A stretch of DNA of 64,000 nt from a virus. Taxonomy: Duplodnaviria; Caudoviricetes. Below the pieces are notes generated by a model that was not told the origin of the DNA, did not search any database, and worked only from the letters and a program-made list of their open reading frames with translations. Location: the IMG/VR virus record IMGVR_UViG_3300033481_000147, positions 3,523 to 67,522 of that record. One strand, 5' to 3'. This document shows positions 51,180 to 59,490 of this stretch, piece after piece; position 1 is the first letter of the stretch, and each line of letters begins with the position of its first letter. The translations under genes and the position numbers were made by a program.

Positions 51180-51632
51180 ATGATGCCAGAGGAATTTATC
51201 GGATGGCTTGCACCGGCAGCAATGAATAAATCTGCTTTTTTCAATTTACCTGCATCGGTATTAATCGCTCAAGGAATTTTAGAGTCTGGGTGGGGTACGT
51301 CTATAATTGGTGAGTATAATTTGTTTGGCCGAAAATGGGGCGGGTGGGGTAACTATATCGAAGTGCCTACGCAAGAATATATTGATGGTGAGTATGTAGA
51401 TACAGTCGCTAAATTTCAAGATTATGATAGTTTGTATCAAGCTTGTGATGATTGGTGTGTTCTAATATCACAAGATGAAAAATACGACTACCCGTACGGA
51501 ATATGGAACGCAACGCACGATATTGAACAATTTGTGAGTGCTTTAGCTGATGTATATGCAACTGATCCAGATTATGCGGATAAAATATTATCAACCATTA
51601 AGGCAAATGAATTAACGAAATATGATGCATAA
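51180..51632 (+). CDS. GH73 glucosaminidase-like endolysin
   Basis: AQGILESGWG, YNLFG.K, YATDPDYA. Confidence 0.9.
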   Translation: MMPEEFIGWLAPAAMNKSAFFNLPASVLIAQGILESGWGTSIIGEYNLFGRKWGGWGNYIEVPTQEYIDGEYVDTVAKFQDYDSLYQACDDWCVLISQDEKYDYPYGIWNATHDIEQFVSALADVYATDPDYADKILSTIKANELTKYDA

Positions 51633-51702
51633 CAAAAATAAAAGCGCTGAAATCGAATTCTATGAGATCGATTCTAAGCGCTTTTATAAATTATTTTAAG
51701 AG

Positions 51703-52140
51703 GTGGGAAAATTGAATGAACAAACTAAAAATTATTTGCGCATCGGTATTGTTATTGTGTGTGTTGCAATTATCATTTTTGCCGGTTGGTTTCTGCTCAG
51801 AGACATACACGATAACGGAACAACAGCTGACAACGTTAGAGAGCAACTTGACGCAGTTGCAAGAGAACAACAATCAGCTGAAAAGTCTCTTGAATCAGTC
51901 CAATCAGGAATTGCAGACAGCGAGCGAACAGTCGGAGAACTTGAGCAGTCAGCTAGTGCAGCTCAATCAACAGCTGACCGAATCGCAGAATCAAATAGCA
52001 ATATTAAAACAGCAGTTGATAGCGCTCAAAGAGCAAACGACAGCAGCACAGAACTCATTAACGATAGCGAATCAAGAATTAGCGAATGCCAGTCAATCTT
52101 ACAAGCAGTACGTGCAAGAGCAGGAACGGATTCAGAGTAA
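51703..52140 (+). CDS. i-spanin-like protein (N-terminal TM plus coiled coil); start may be TTG 51712
   Basis: TM YLRIGIVIVCVAIIIFAGWFLL then A/S/E-rich helix; after endolysins. Confidence 0.6.
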   Translation: MGKLNEQTKNYLRIGIVIVCVAIIIFAGWFLLRDIHDNGTTADNVREQLDAVAREQQSAEKSLESVQSGIADSERTVGELEQSASAAQSTADRIAESNSNIKTAVDSAQRANDSSTELINDSESRISECQSILQAVRARAGTDSE

Positions 52141-52210
52141 GCTAAAAACGCAAAAAAATATATGGGAAGTTATTGCAGTTATTAGTGCTGGGTTTGCAAT
52201 AGCTAAATGA
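51716..52210 (+). CDS. Overlapping spanin-like partner (signal peptide, Q/L coiled coil, C-terminal hydrophobic helix)
   Basis: +1 frame overlap of 425 nt; heptad Leu/Gln pattern. Confidence 0.6.
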   Translation: MNKLKIICASVLLLCVLQLSFLPVGFCSETYTITEQQLTTLESNLTQLQENNNQLKSLLNQSNQELQTASEQSENLSSQLVQLNQQLTESQNQIAILKQQLIALKEQTTAAQNSLTIANQELANASQSYKQYVQEQERIQSKLKTQKNIWEVIAVISAGFAIAK

Positions 52211-52212
52211 TT

Positions 52213-52260
52213 AAAATGTCGGAATTAATACGAAAAAATATTAATTCCGACATTTTTTTT
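52213..52260 (+). terminator. Strong terminator, 18-bp perfect stem
   Basis: AAAATGTCGGAATTAATA/TATTAATTCCGACATTTT plus T-run. Confidence 0.85.
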
Positions 52261-52269
52261 ATTTTATGT

Positions 52270-52373
52270 GTTTAAAAATCGTAGTTCAAAGAATGTATAT
52301 AGATGAAAGCCGATATACAGGACAAATAAAATTGAGAAATAAGAGGTTCGGTGGATATGTTGGCTTTTAAAAA
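52270..52373 (+). promoter_or_regulatory. Conserved promoter plus leader hairpin, copy B
   Basis: Stem 52306-52317 pairs with 52356-52367. Confidence 0.75.
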
Positions 52374-52400
52374 TATTAACTAATTTTGGAGGAATGTAAA

Positions 52401-53312
52401 ATGGCAACAGTAGGCGATCAATTAACAGAAGCAGAAGCAGGGTGGACGAGGTATGATGATACTAATGAAAATATAGCCTATACGGGAACTTGGAAGAATG
52501 TTGTAGATAGTACCTATTATAACGGTAACAGACATACATCTACCCGAATATATGATGATGTAAAATTTAACTTCACAGGGAATAAATTAAGGATTATTGG
52601 TGCTTATAATAGTGTTGACAGTAATAATGTAAAAATAACTATCGATAAAGAAATTTACAATATATCAGTGTACAGTGAAAGTCTAATTAAACAAGTATTG
52701 GTTTTTGATATTGAAAATTTATCGACTGGTGAACATTGTGTAACTATTACAAATTTACAAGATTCTAAATATTGTACTATTGATGCATTAGATATTGATG
52801 AAACGGGAGAACTTAAGCCTTATGCCCCAATCGTTGCACCTACAAATTTAACAGCTACTGCAGGTGATTCACAAGTAACATTATTATGGACAGCAGTCGA
52901 AGGCGCAACCAGCTATATCGTAAAACGTTCTATTACATCAGGTGGTACATATGAAACAATTGCTAGTGGTGTGACTGATACTAGCTATGTTGATACCAGT
53001 GTAACGAATGGTACTACATATTATTATGTAGTAGTTGCAGTAAATGCAGATGGAGAAAGCAAAAATTCAAATGAAGCTTCTGCTACACCAGTAGATAATA
53101 GTAAGTTCTTATTACGAGTTACTATGCTTGATTCAAGCGAACGCGATTATCAGTTATCTACAACTGAAATTGATGGTTTCATTAACTGGTATATGAAGCA
53201 TACAAGTACAGATACTACTGGATATATGCTGACTAAAAAAGTTGGTACAGAAGTTAGCAAGGAATACCTGACTTTAGACAAGATTATTAGTTTTGAGGTA
53301 ATTGAACGTTAG
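52401..53312 (+). CDS. Jelly-roll plus FN3 plus conserved C-terminal domain protein, paralog 1
   Basis: APTNLTATAGDSQVTL...TNGTTYYYVV FN3; no signal peptide; GGAGGA SD. Confidence 0.85.
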   Translation: MATVGDQLTEAEAGWTRYDDTNENIAYTGTWKNVVDSTYYNGNRHTSTRIYDDVKFNFTGNKLRIIGAYNSVDSNNVKITIDKEIYNISVYSESLIKQVLVFDIENLSTGEHCVTITNLQDSKYCTIDALDIDETGELKPYAPIVAPTNLTATAGDSQVTLLWTAVEGATSYIVKRSITSGGTYETIASGVTDTSYVDTSVTNGTTYYYVVVAVNADGESKNSNEASATPVDNSKFLLRVTMLDSSERDYQLSTTEIDGFINWYMKHTSTDTTGYMLTKKVGTEVSKEYLTLDKIISFEVIER

Positions 53313-53324
53313 TAAGTAATAGAG

Positions 53325-53368
53325 AAACCGGTATTGGTACAGAAAATGTATCGATGCCGGTTTTTTTT
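53325..53368 (+). terminator. Intrinsic terminator
   Basis: 17-bp stem with three G-U pairs, T8 tail. Confidence 0.85.
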
Positions 53369-53377
53369 ATTTTATGT

Positions 53378-53478
53378 GTTTAAAAATCGTGATGAAAAGA
53401 ATGTATATAGGTGAAAGCCGATATACAGGAAACACGCATTGAAAATATGAGTTCCTCGGCTATGTTTGCTTTTAAAAA
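53378..53478 (+). promoter_or_regulatory. Conserved promoter plus leader hairpin, copy C
   Basis: Stem 53414-53425 pairs with 53461-53472. Confidence 0.75.
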
Positions 53479-53505
53479 TAATAAATTATTTGGAGGAATG
53501 TAAAA

Positions 53506-54426
53506 ATGGCAACAGTAGGAGATCAATTAACAGCACCGGAGGGCGGATGGAAACGATACGATGATACTGATACTCACATAGCGTATAGTGGTACATGGAC
53601 TTACAATACTTATTCTGGTTCATATAATACATCAGAACATATTACTAAAGTACTTAATGATTCTTGCTCTTTCAAGTTTTATGGTTCCAAATTAAGGATA
53701 ATCGGTGTTTATAATTCAAATTGTTCAAAGACTATAAATGTAAACATTGATGGAGTGTCATATTCTTATAGTGCATATGCTTCATCATTAATAAGACAAA
53801 CAATAAATTTTGAGAAGACAGATTTATCGTTAGAGGTGCATACTGTTACAGTTACAAATGAAGTATCTGGTTCTTATGCGACATTAGATGCTATTGATAT
53901 TGATGATAGTGGCTATTTAGGATCAATTACTGCACCAACAAATTTAACTGCAACAGCAGGTGATTCGCAAGTGACTCTATCATGGACAGCAGTTGATGAA
54001 GCAACTAGCTACACTGTAAAACGTTCAACAACTTCAGGTGGTACATACACAACTATCGCTAGCGATATAACTGATACCAGTTATGTAGACACTACCGTAA
54101 CAAATGGAACTACATATTATTACGTAGTTACTGCTGTAAATGATTATGGTGAAAGTGAAAATTCAAATGAAGCTTCTGCTACACCGGTTGATAGTAGTAA
54201 AGTATTGCTGGTAATCACAATGTCAGAGGAAGTACAAAAGGAATATGAACTTTCAAAAATCGAGCTTGATGCGTTTATTGATTGGTATAATACTCGTGCT
54301 GAGGGGACTGGCTTAGCTTATTATATCTTTAACAAGGATTTCAACTTGGGACCATTTGATAGCCGAAAAGATTATATTGTTTTTGATAAAATTGAAAACT
54401 TTGAAGTAATGCAATTCACAAAATAG
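53506..54426 (+). CDS. Jelly-roll plus FN3 plus conserved C-terminal domain protein, paralog 2
   Basis: Same architecture; GPFDSRKDYIVFDKIENFEV tail. Confidence 0.88.
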   Translation: MATVGDQLTAPEGGWKRYDDTDTHIAYSGTWTYNTYSGSYNTSEHITKVLNDSCSFKFYGSKLRIIGVYNSNCSKTINVNIDGVSYSYSAYASSLIRQTINFEKTDLSLEVHTVTVTNEVSGSYATLDAIDIDDSGYLGSITAPTNLTATAGDSQVTLSWTAVDEATSYTVKRSTTSGGTYTTIASDITDTSYVDTTVTNGTTYYYVVTAVNDYGESENSNEASATPVDSSKVLLVITMSEEVQKEYELSKIELDAFIDWYNTRAEGTGLAYYIFNKDFNLGPFDSRKDYIVFDKIENFEVMQFTK

Positions 54427-54436
54427 TTTTAAAGGC

Positions 54437-54478
54437 GGCAATCAGGTACAAAAAATGTACTTGGTTGCCACATTTTTG
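54437..54478 (+). terminator. Intrinsic terminator
   Basis: GGCAATCAGGTACA/TGTACTTGGTTGCC, loop region shared with 53325. Confidence 0.7.
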
Positions 54479-54659
54479 TGTTATCTGTTTAAAAATATTA
54501 CTATCTTTAATAATTAGTTTGTGTACGGATAAAAAGTAAAGAGCAGTAAAGGTAATTTAGCAACTTAATATTCAATTGGCTGTTTTTACTGGAGCTGACA
54601 ATGAAAATTTTAGGGGGCAACAAAGAATGAATTTAATTTAAAAAAATATGGCTTGCTTA

Positions 54660-54759
54660 GTTTAAAAATCGATATTCAAAGAATGTATATAAGTGAAAGT
54701 CAATATACAGGAAACACGCATTAAAAATAAAAGTTCCTTGGCTATGTTGGTTTTCAAAA
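54660..54759 (+). promoter_or_regulatory. Conserved promoter plus leader hairpin, copy D (orphan)
   Basis: Stem 54696-54707 pairs with 54743-54754; no SD or ORF follows. Confidence 0.7.
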
Positions 54760-55001
54760 TAAATTAATAGGGCAAAAACCTCAGTAAAGCGTAATTAAGA
54801 GCTATAAGACGTAATACGGTGCAATTAAACGCTACACAATGTAAAATAATATAATTGTAATCATTTGTAATGTTGATGAATTTGTTTCAATGAGATAATA
54901 TAATAATAGAATTAGTTATGTTAGATTAACATTGCTGAGGTGTTGGAGAGCTTTTCAGATATAATGTATTGTTTCTGGAAAGTTTTTGTAGCTAAAAAAA
55001 C

Positions 55002-55030
55002 TTGAAAATTTTTCACTTTGCGTGTAAAAT
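55002..55030 (+). promoter_or_regulatory. sigmaA-like promoter
   Basis: TTGAAA-N17-TAAAAT. Confidence 0.55.
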
Positions 55031-55188
55031 TTTAAGAAAGATGAGCATAATAATGTAGTAAGTTATTATGAATAGATGCCAAAATTTGAGCATTTAATTT
55101 TTTTTAGCATGTGGTAGACTAGATTTTTTACGCCCTAAAATAGGGTATGGAAAATCAATTAGCCCGCTTAAGAAAGGGAGGTAGTCTT

Positions 55189-55353
55189 ATGGCTACTATA
55201 AGTTTTACAAAAGAATTTTCAGTTAACAGGAGAAATGCAAATAATTTTTCTAAGGCACTATCATCTTCTAGACGAGTGAATTTTGTTAATTCTATAAAAG
55301 CTGCGGATGTAAAAAAAAGTAGCATTTTAAGTTTCTTTGAGGGGATAAAATAG
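55189..55353 (+). CDS. Putative antitoxin (54 aa, MATISFTKEF...)
   Basis: AAGGGAGG SD; small basic gene 3 nt before GNAT. Confidence 0.6.
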   Translation: MATISFTKEFSVNRRNANNFSKALSSSRRVNFVNSIKAADVKKSSILSFFEGIK

Positions 55354-55356
55354 TAT

Positions 55357-55953
55357 ATGGGGTTTGAAGTTGTTCATCTTGGCGATATGCTCGAAGCATT
55401 TAACGATGAAGATCGTTGTTTAAGAGTAATCGCCAATTTTTCTTGTAAACTCGATGAAGATATAGAGTATTTTTTAAAGAAAAAAGCGATTATTAATCAA
55501 AAAATGGGATTATCCAGAACATATCTTGTTTATACTTCATATAAACAAGAAAAAGTATTGGCTGGTTATTTTGCGTTAGCAAATAAATCATTAGTTATTC
55601 GTAATCAAGTTTCAGGAAGTCTGCGAAAACGAATTACAGGATTTAAAAATAAAGAAATTAAGGATATGCCAGTTTTTCTCATTGGTCAACTTTCGAAAAA
55701 TTTTTCTAAGGATTATGATAAAATCCCTTTAATTACCGGGCAGCAATTGCTACAGCTAGCTATTCAGAAAATATTGCAAAGTTGGTATCTTTTTGGGGGG
55801 AGAATTATTTTAGTAGAATGTTTGGACAATCCTTACTTAAGAAGATTTTATGAGAATGAGGGCTTTTCTTTTGTCGAAAAAGATGAAAAAGATGGACTTT
55901 TAAAATATATTTTGGATATAGATAAAATTAATAAAGAAAGTTATAAATTTTGA
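55357..55953 (+). CDS. GNAT acetyltransferase, putative toxin
   Basis: FSC...DIEYFL, LAGYFAL, FLIGQLSKN, RRFYENEGF. Confidence 0.8.
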   Translation: MGFEVVHLGDMLEAFNDEDRCLRVIANFSCKLDEDIEYFLKKKAIINQKMGLSRTYLVYTSYKQEKVLAGYFALANKSLVIRNQVSGSLRKRITGFKNKEIKDMPVFLIGQLSKNFSKDYDKIPLITGQQLLQLAIQKILQSWYLFGGRIILVECLDNPYLRRFYENEGFSFVEKDEKDGLLKYILDIDKINKESYKF

Positions 55954-56122
55954 TTTATTTACATACTGAGATTATGCTTAACGGAAATTAATGCCTGTAC
56001 TGAATTTGTTTTTTGTACAGGCATTAATTTTTACTTTTCAAAAAAGTGTTTAATAAAATATAATTTTGGCGAGGTTGGTTACGTCTTATTTTTATAAAAG
56101 AGCAATCAATCAAACAACTAAC

Positions 56123-56228
56123 TGACAGCCTGTTGACAGCCTGTAATTTTTTTTATTTTCAGATATGACTAGTTATACATAGCAAAATCCTTAATTTTAA
56201 AAGAAAAACGCTGGAAAGCAGGCTGTCA
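56123..56228. repeat. Integrase arm-type sites
   Basis: TGACAGCCTGT tandem at 56123 and 56134; inverted GCAGGCTGTCA at 56218. Confidence 0.7.
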
Positions 56229-56254
56229 AAGGGTTTGTAAAAACCTCTAAAATA

Positions 56255-56311
56255 ACTCGAAATCAATTGTACCGCAAGGTACCGAGGGTTCGAATCCCTC
56301 CCTCTCTGCCA
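56255..56311 (+). pseudogene. trnS: 3' half of tRNA-Ser(CGA), attR core
   Basis: Anticodon loop CTCGAAA, variable arm GTACC-GCAA-GGTAC, T arm GAGGG-TTCGAAT-CCCTC, GCCA end; no 5' half. Confidence 0.9.
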
Positions 56312-56322
56312 TATGTAAATTC

Positions 56323-56356
56323 AAGGCTTCGCGTGGCTTGCGTGGAGCCTTTTTTG
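56323..56356 (+). terminator. Hairpin after tRNA fragment
   Basis: AAGGCTTCGCG/CGTGGAGCCTT with G-U pairs, T-run. Confidence 0.7.
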
Positions 56357-56673
56357 TTGCGTAAAATTTAGTCAATTATATTTCTGACGGCCTAGAGTTT
56401 TTAAGCATTTTTCAATGGTATAATAGAAAATTATACATATAATTTTGAAGCCGTTCTTAACTGGACGGCTTTTACTATGCTGATTTTTAGCCAATTTAAT
56501 AAATATACAAGCAAAACACTCCGAAATAAGGAGTGTTTTATTCATGCTATGTAAGTTTTTAAGTATAGATCTATTAGAAGCAATACTAGAATGCCTTGGA
56601 AGCGTGTAAAAATCAAAAGAAGTTCTGGTAATCATGTAATTGATTAAAAAATAATAAAAATTTAAATTTATGT

Positions 56674-56773
56674 GTTTAAAAATTAACCTCAAAAGAATGT
56701 ATATCAGTGGAAATCGATATACAAGACAAAATAGATTGAAAATAATAGGTCTTTGGCTATATTGGTTTTTAAT
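56674..56773 (+). promoter_or_regulatory. Conserved promoter plus leader hairpin, copy E
   Basis: Stem 56710-56721 pairs with 56758-56769; inner AAGAC/GTCTT. Confidence 0.75.
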
Positions 56774-56797
56774 AAAATTTTAGGAGGAAATTTACAC

Positions 56798-57574
56798 ATG
56801 TCTTACAATTCAAATTTACCAGAGGATATTGATATCAAAGTATCAAGAGCAGAGGTCAGGGAAAATCTTAGAGCGCTGAAAGAAGACAAGATCGTGGACG
56901 CTGCAACTGCTGTTGCTGCAGATTCAGCAGCTAAGTTAACAACTGCAAGAAAAATATCTTTAGAAGGGGATGCAACAGGTAGTACGAGCTTTGATGGTTC
57001 AGCAGATGTAGCTATTCAGGTTGATGTACTTAGTGCAGATACGTCAGCTCAATGTACTGGAAATGCAGCTACTGCAACAAAGTTAGAAACAGCACGGACT
57101 ATTAACGGTGTTGAATTTGATGGTACAAAGGATATTATAGTTCCTACAATTGCACCACGCTGCAAAGCACACCTGACAACTAATGTTTCAATCCCTAGTG
57201 GAGTAACAACTTCAATTCCTATGCAAGTTGTCGACTATGATACTGATAATATTCACACAGCCGATCCGACAAAGTTTCAAATTAATACTTCAGGAGTATA
57301 CTTAATTGTACATCAGAACTACATACCTAAAACATCTACGTGGGATGATATGTGGACTGTAAATGTTATCCTTGAAAAGAACGAAAAAGAATATCTTGCT
57401 GTTACGCAACCTGCAATTGATGGTAACATATCTGCTTTAGTGTATTTGAGCGCTGGTGATTATATTAAAGCTAAAGTATACCAAACCTCTGGGAAAACAT
57501 TTACTACTCAATTTGGGACGGATGGTACAGTAAGTTGCTGGCCATATATTTCAATCGTAAAGATTAGTGATTAA
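56798..57574 (+). CDS. Tail-fibre-repeat protein with C1q/TNF-like head
   Basis: ATKLETARTINGVEFDG repeats; FQINTSGVYLI...LSAGDYIKAKVYQ; AGGAGG SD. Confidence 0.75.
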   Translation: MSYNSNLPEDIDIKVSRAEVRENLRALKEDKIVDAATAVAADSAAKLTTARKISLEGDATGSTSFDGSADVAIQVDVLSADTSAQCTGNAATATKLETARTINGVEFDGTKDIIVPTIAPRCKAHLTTNVSIPSGVTTSIPMQVVDYDTDNIHTADPTKFQINTSGVYLIVHQNYIPKTSTWDDMWTVNVILEKNEKEYLAVTQPAIDGNISALVYLSAGDYIKAKVYQTSGKTFTTQFGTDGTVSCWPYISIVKISD

Positions 57575-57581
57575 ATTTATG

Positions 57582-57612
57582 AGGGGTGAAGAGAAATCTT
57601 CACTCTTTTTAT
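57582..57612 (+). terminator. Terminator with GAAA loop
   Basis: GGGGTGAAGA-GAAA-TCTTCACTCT-TTTT. Confidence 0.8.
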
Positions 57613-57621
57613 TTTGCTTTA

Positions 57622-57672
57622 GCGAGTTGAGGACCGCAGTCCGCAGCCAAAACTCGCCCGTTAAACGGGTGG
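57622..57672. mobile_element. Possible IS200/IS605-type end remnant
   Basis: GCGAGTT...AACTCGC and CCCGTTAAACGGG hairpins; no transposase. Confidence 0.3.
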
Positions 57673-57713
57673 ATAATATGTGCGTGAAAATAGAAAAGAA
57701 TTGTTATTTTGTG

Positions 57714-57740
57714 TTAATTTTTAAAAAAAATATACGATAA
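57714..57740 (+). promoter_or_regulatory. sigma28-like promoter
   Basis: TTAA-N15-TACGATAA. Confidence 0.45.
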
Positions 57741-57793
57741 TATAGATAGGTAACGGTTAAAGGATTAGGAAGAATACAAAGGAGTGTTTTGAT

Positions 57794-59206
57794 ATGGCAG
57801 TCATAATAGGAACAAATCGAAGTCAGGCGGATTCTGTAATTTACAGAGAAGATGAAGCTTTACAGGAAAGATCTTCTGCCCAAAAACAAGATGCAACCGT
57901 AAAGGAGACACCTGCTTATTGTGTAGAAGTTAGTGGCAATTATGATGATAAGGATATTGAAAATATCGCAGATCATTTTAAGAAAATGATAGGAGATTTC
58001 AGAAGTGGCAATTTATCTAAGATTGATTCTGGTGACAATAGCAAAGAATCAATGGATAATTTCAAAAAAGAATTTCAGGACAATGTAACAAAGTTTGCTT
58101 CAACCATTGATTCGGGTGCGTTAAAAGTTTGCCCATCAGTGACGAGTCTTTGGAAGGCCGATCGTACAATCGTTATCGATTTTAATCAGATTGAAAATTT
58201 CTTTAGAAGAGGCGGCTTAAATCCACTTCGTCCAGAGGCACAAGCGGCTTTAGATAAATACTATAATGCAGGAAAGTATATTAATCAAGGAGGAAAGGAC
58301 ACTTTCTTACAGTATAATTTAAAGTTTGCAGCTATAACTGCTTATGAAAATGACAAACTCTCTGATCGTATAGCAAAACAGCAAATTACGGCAGGGCAAT
58401 ACACCAGCGAAGAATATTCAACAGCAAAGAACTATGCAAAAATTTTGCAAGCAAAAGCTGGGGTATTTGTCACTGCTGATTTTGTTTGTGATGGATATGC
58501 ACGACAATTTGCTACGGGCATAACTTATAGCTATAATGGACTTGTATGTGATGTTGGGACAGAGGAACTGAACTTTATGGCTCATCATGATGAAGCGCAA
58601 AGTGTATGGGTAAAAGCTGCTCAAGGGGAATATAAGAATAAAGATGAAATAGCTCAAGCGTTGCGTGAGGGTGGCTATAAAGATGTAGCCGATCAGTTCG
58701 CAGTAAAGTGTACTGGGGAGATGAATACAGAAGTTGGAGCTTTTTCCGAGAATTTTATGCATGGGAACGCTGGTCGTACGGATGATTATCAGCATTTATA
58801 TCAGAAACTATTTGGAGATACTGAGATCAAGCCGCGTTATTCTGCACAACAGCTAGATGCAGCGTATTATTGGGAAGGAAAGCAAGGATCAGATGACTTT
58901 GCCAAATATCCGCTTGATCGTGATCCAATGATACTTTATATAGATGAATATGGACATGCAACGAATGTAACTTATGCGAATAAAAAAGAGAAGGATACTT
59001 CATCGTCAGAAAATAGTACGCCGAGTCAGCGAATTAGTTCATTGAAGTCCGAGATAAGCGAACTTCGAAAACAACTCGAACAAATAAAAGAAGGATCATT
59101 GGATGCACGCCATAAGCAAGAAATGATTAAAAACATCAACAATCACATGCAAACCATTCAGCAGCAAATAAATACTATTACTGAGAATTTAGCTAAACAT
59201 TATTAG
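57794..59206 (+). CDS. Hypothetical protein with C-terminal FlxA-like coiled coil
   Basis: AYCVEVS N-terminal motif; RISSLKSEISELRKQLEQI...IQQQINTI. Confidence 0.6.
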   Translation: MAVIIGTNRSQADSVIYREDEALQERSSAQKQDATVKETPAYCVEVSGNYDDKDIENIADHFKKMIGDFRSGNLSKIDSGDNSKESMDNFKKEFQDNVTKFASTIDSGALKVCPSVTSLWKADRTIVIDFNQIENFFRRGGLNPLRPEAQAALDKYYNAGKYINQGGKDTFLQYNLKFAAITAYENDKLSDRIAKQQITAGQYTSEEYSTAKNYAKILQAKAGVFVTADFVCDGYARQFATGITYSYNGLVCDVGTEELNFMAHHDEAQSVWVKAAQGEYKNKDEIAQALREGGYKDVADQFAVKCTGEMNTEVGAFSENFMHGNAGRTDDYQHLYQKLFGDTEIKPRYSAQQLDAAYYWEGKQGSDDFAKYPLDRDPMILYIDEYGHATNVTYANKKEKDTSSSENSTPSQRISSLKSEISELRKQLEQIKEGSLDARHKQEMIKNINNHMQTIQQQINTITENLAKHY

Positions 59207-59337
59207 CTAAATGTTATTGAACTGTTTTGATTGAGATAGTGAATTTTCGGCAATGAAATTAATAAACCGACTTCAGTTATCAAATGAGCGACCTTTCATG
59301 AGGAATGAGTAACTGTGGTGGTACAAGTAGTAAATTG

Positions 59338-59372
59338 AAGGCTTTGCGTGATTTGATGTAGGGCCTTTTTTA
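59338..59372 (+). terminator. Hairpin homologous to the post-att hairpin
   Basis: AAGGCTTTGCGT/ATGTAGGGCCTT plus T-run. Confidence 0.55.
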
Positions 59373-59490
59373 TTTGCGTTTTTTGCAAAAGTATTTCAAC
59401 AACTAATACTCTTGAAGTTACAGTGGAAGTAGAACTCGATACGCAAAGTTTCATTCTTGTCATCAAAGTACTAGCATAGCTTGAAAAATT

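Larger units (their letters stand above)
1..56311 (+). mobile_element. Temperate prophage, siphovirus-like; left end outside window
   Basis: Ordered early, replication, packaging, head, tail and lysis modules; tape measure and frameshifted chaperone but no sheath; ends at tRNA-Ser 3' fragment with arm-type repeats. Confidence 0.95.

Noticed and set aside
52309-53424. sigma28 -10 box GCCGATAT in copies B and C
   Set aside because: No TAAA at the right spacing; other copies vary here in step with hairpin pairing
55147-55188. Longer start for the antitoxin ORF
   Set aside because: Strong SD supports ATG 55189
56221-56311. Intact tRNA-Ser
   Set aside because: No 5' acceptor strand or D arm; anticodon stem unpaired
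56372-56692. Minus-strand 106-aa ORF
   Set aside because: Spans hairpins and a promoter element; no SD or protein-like features
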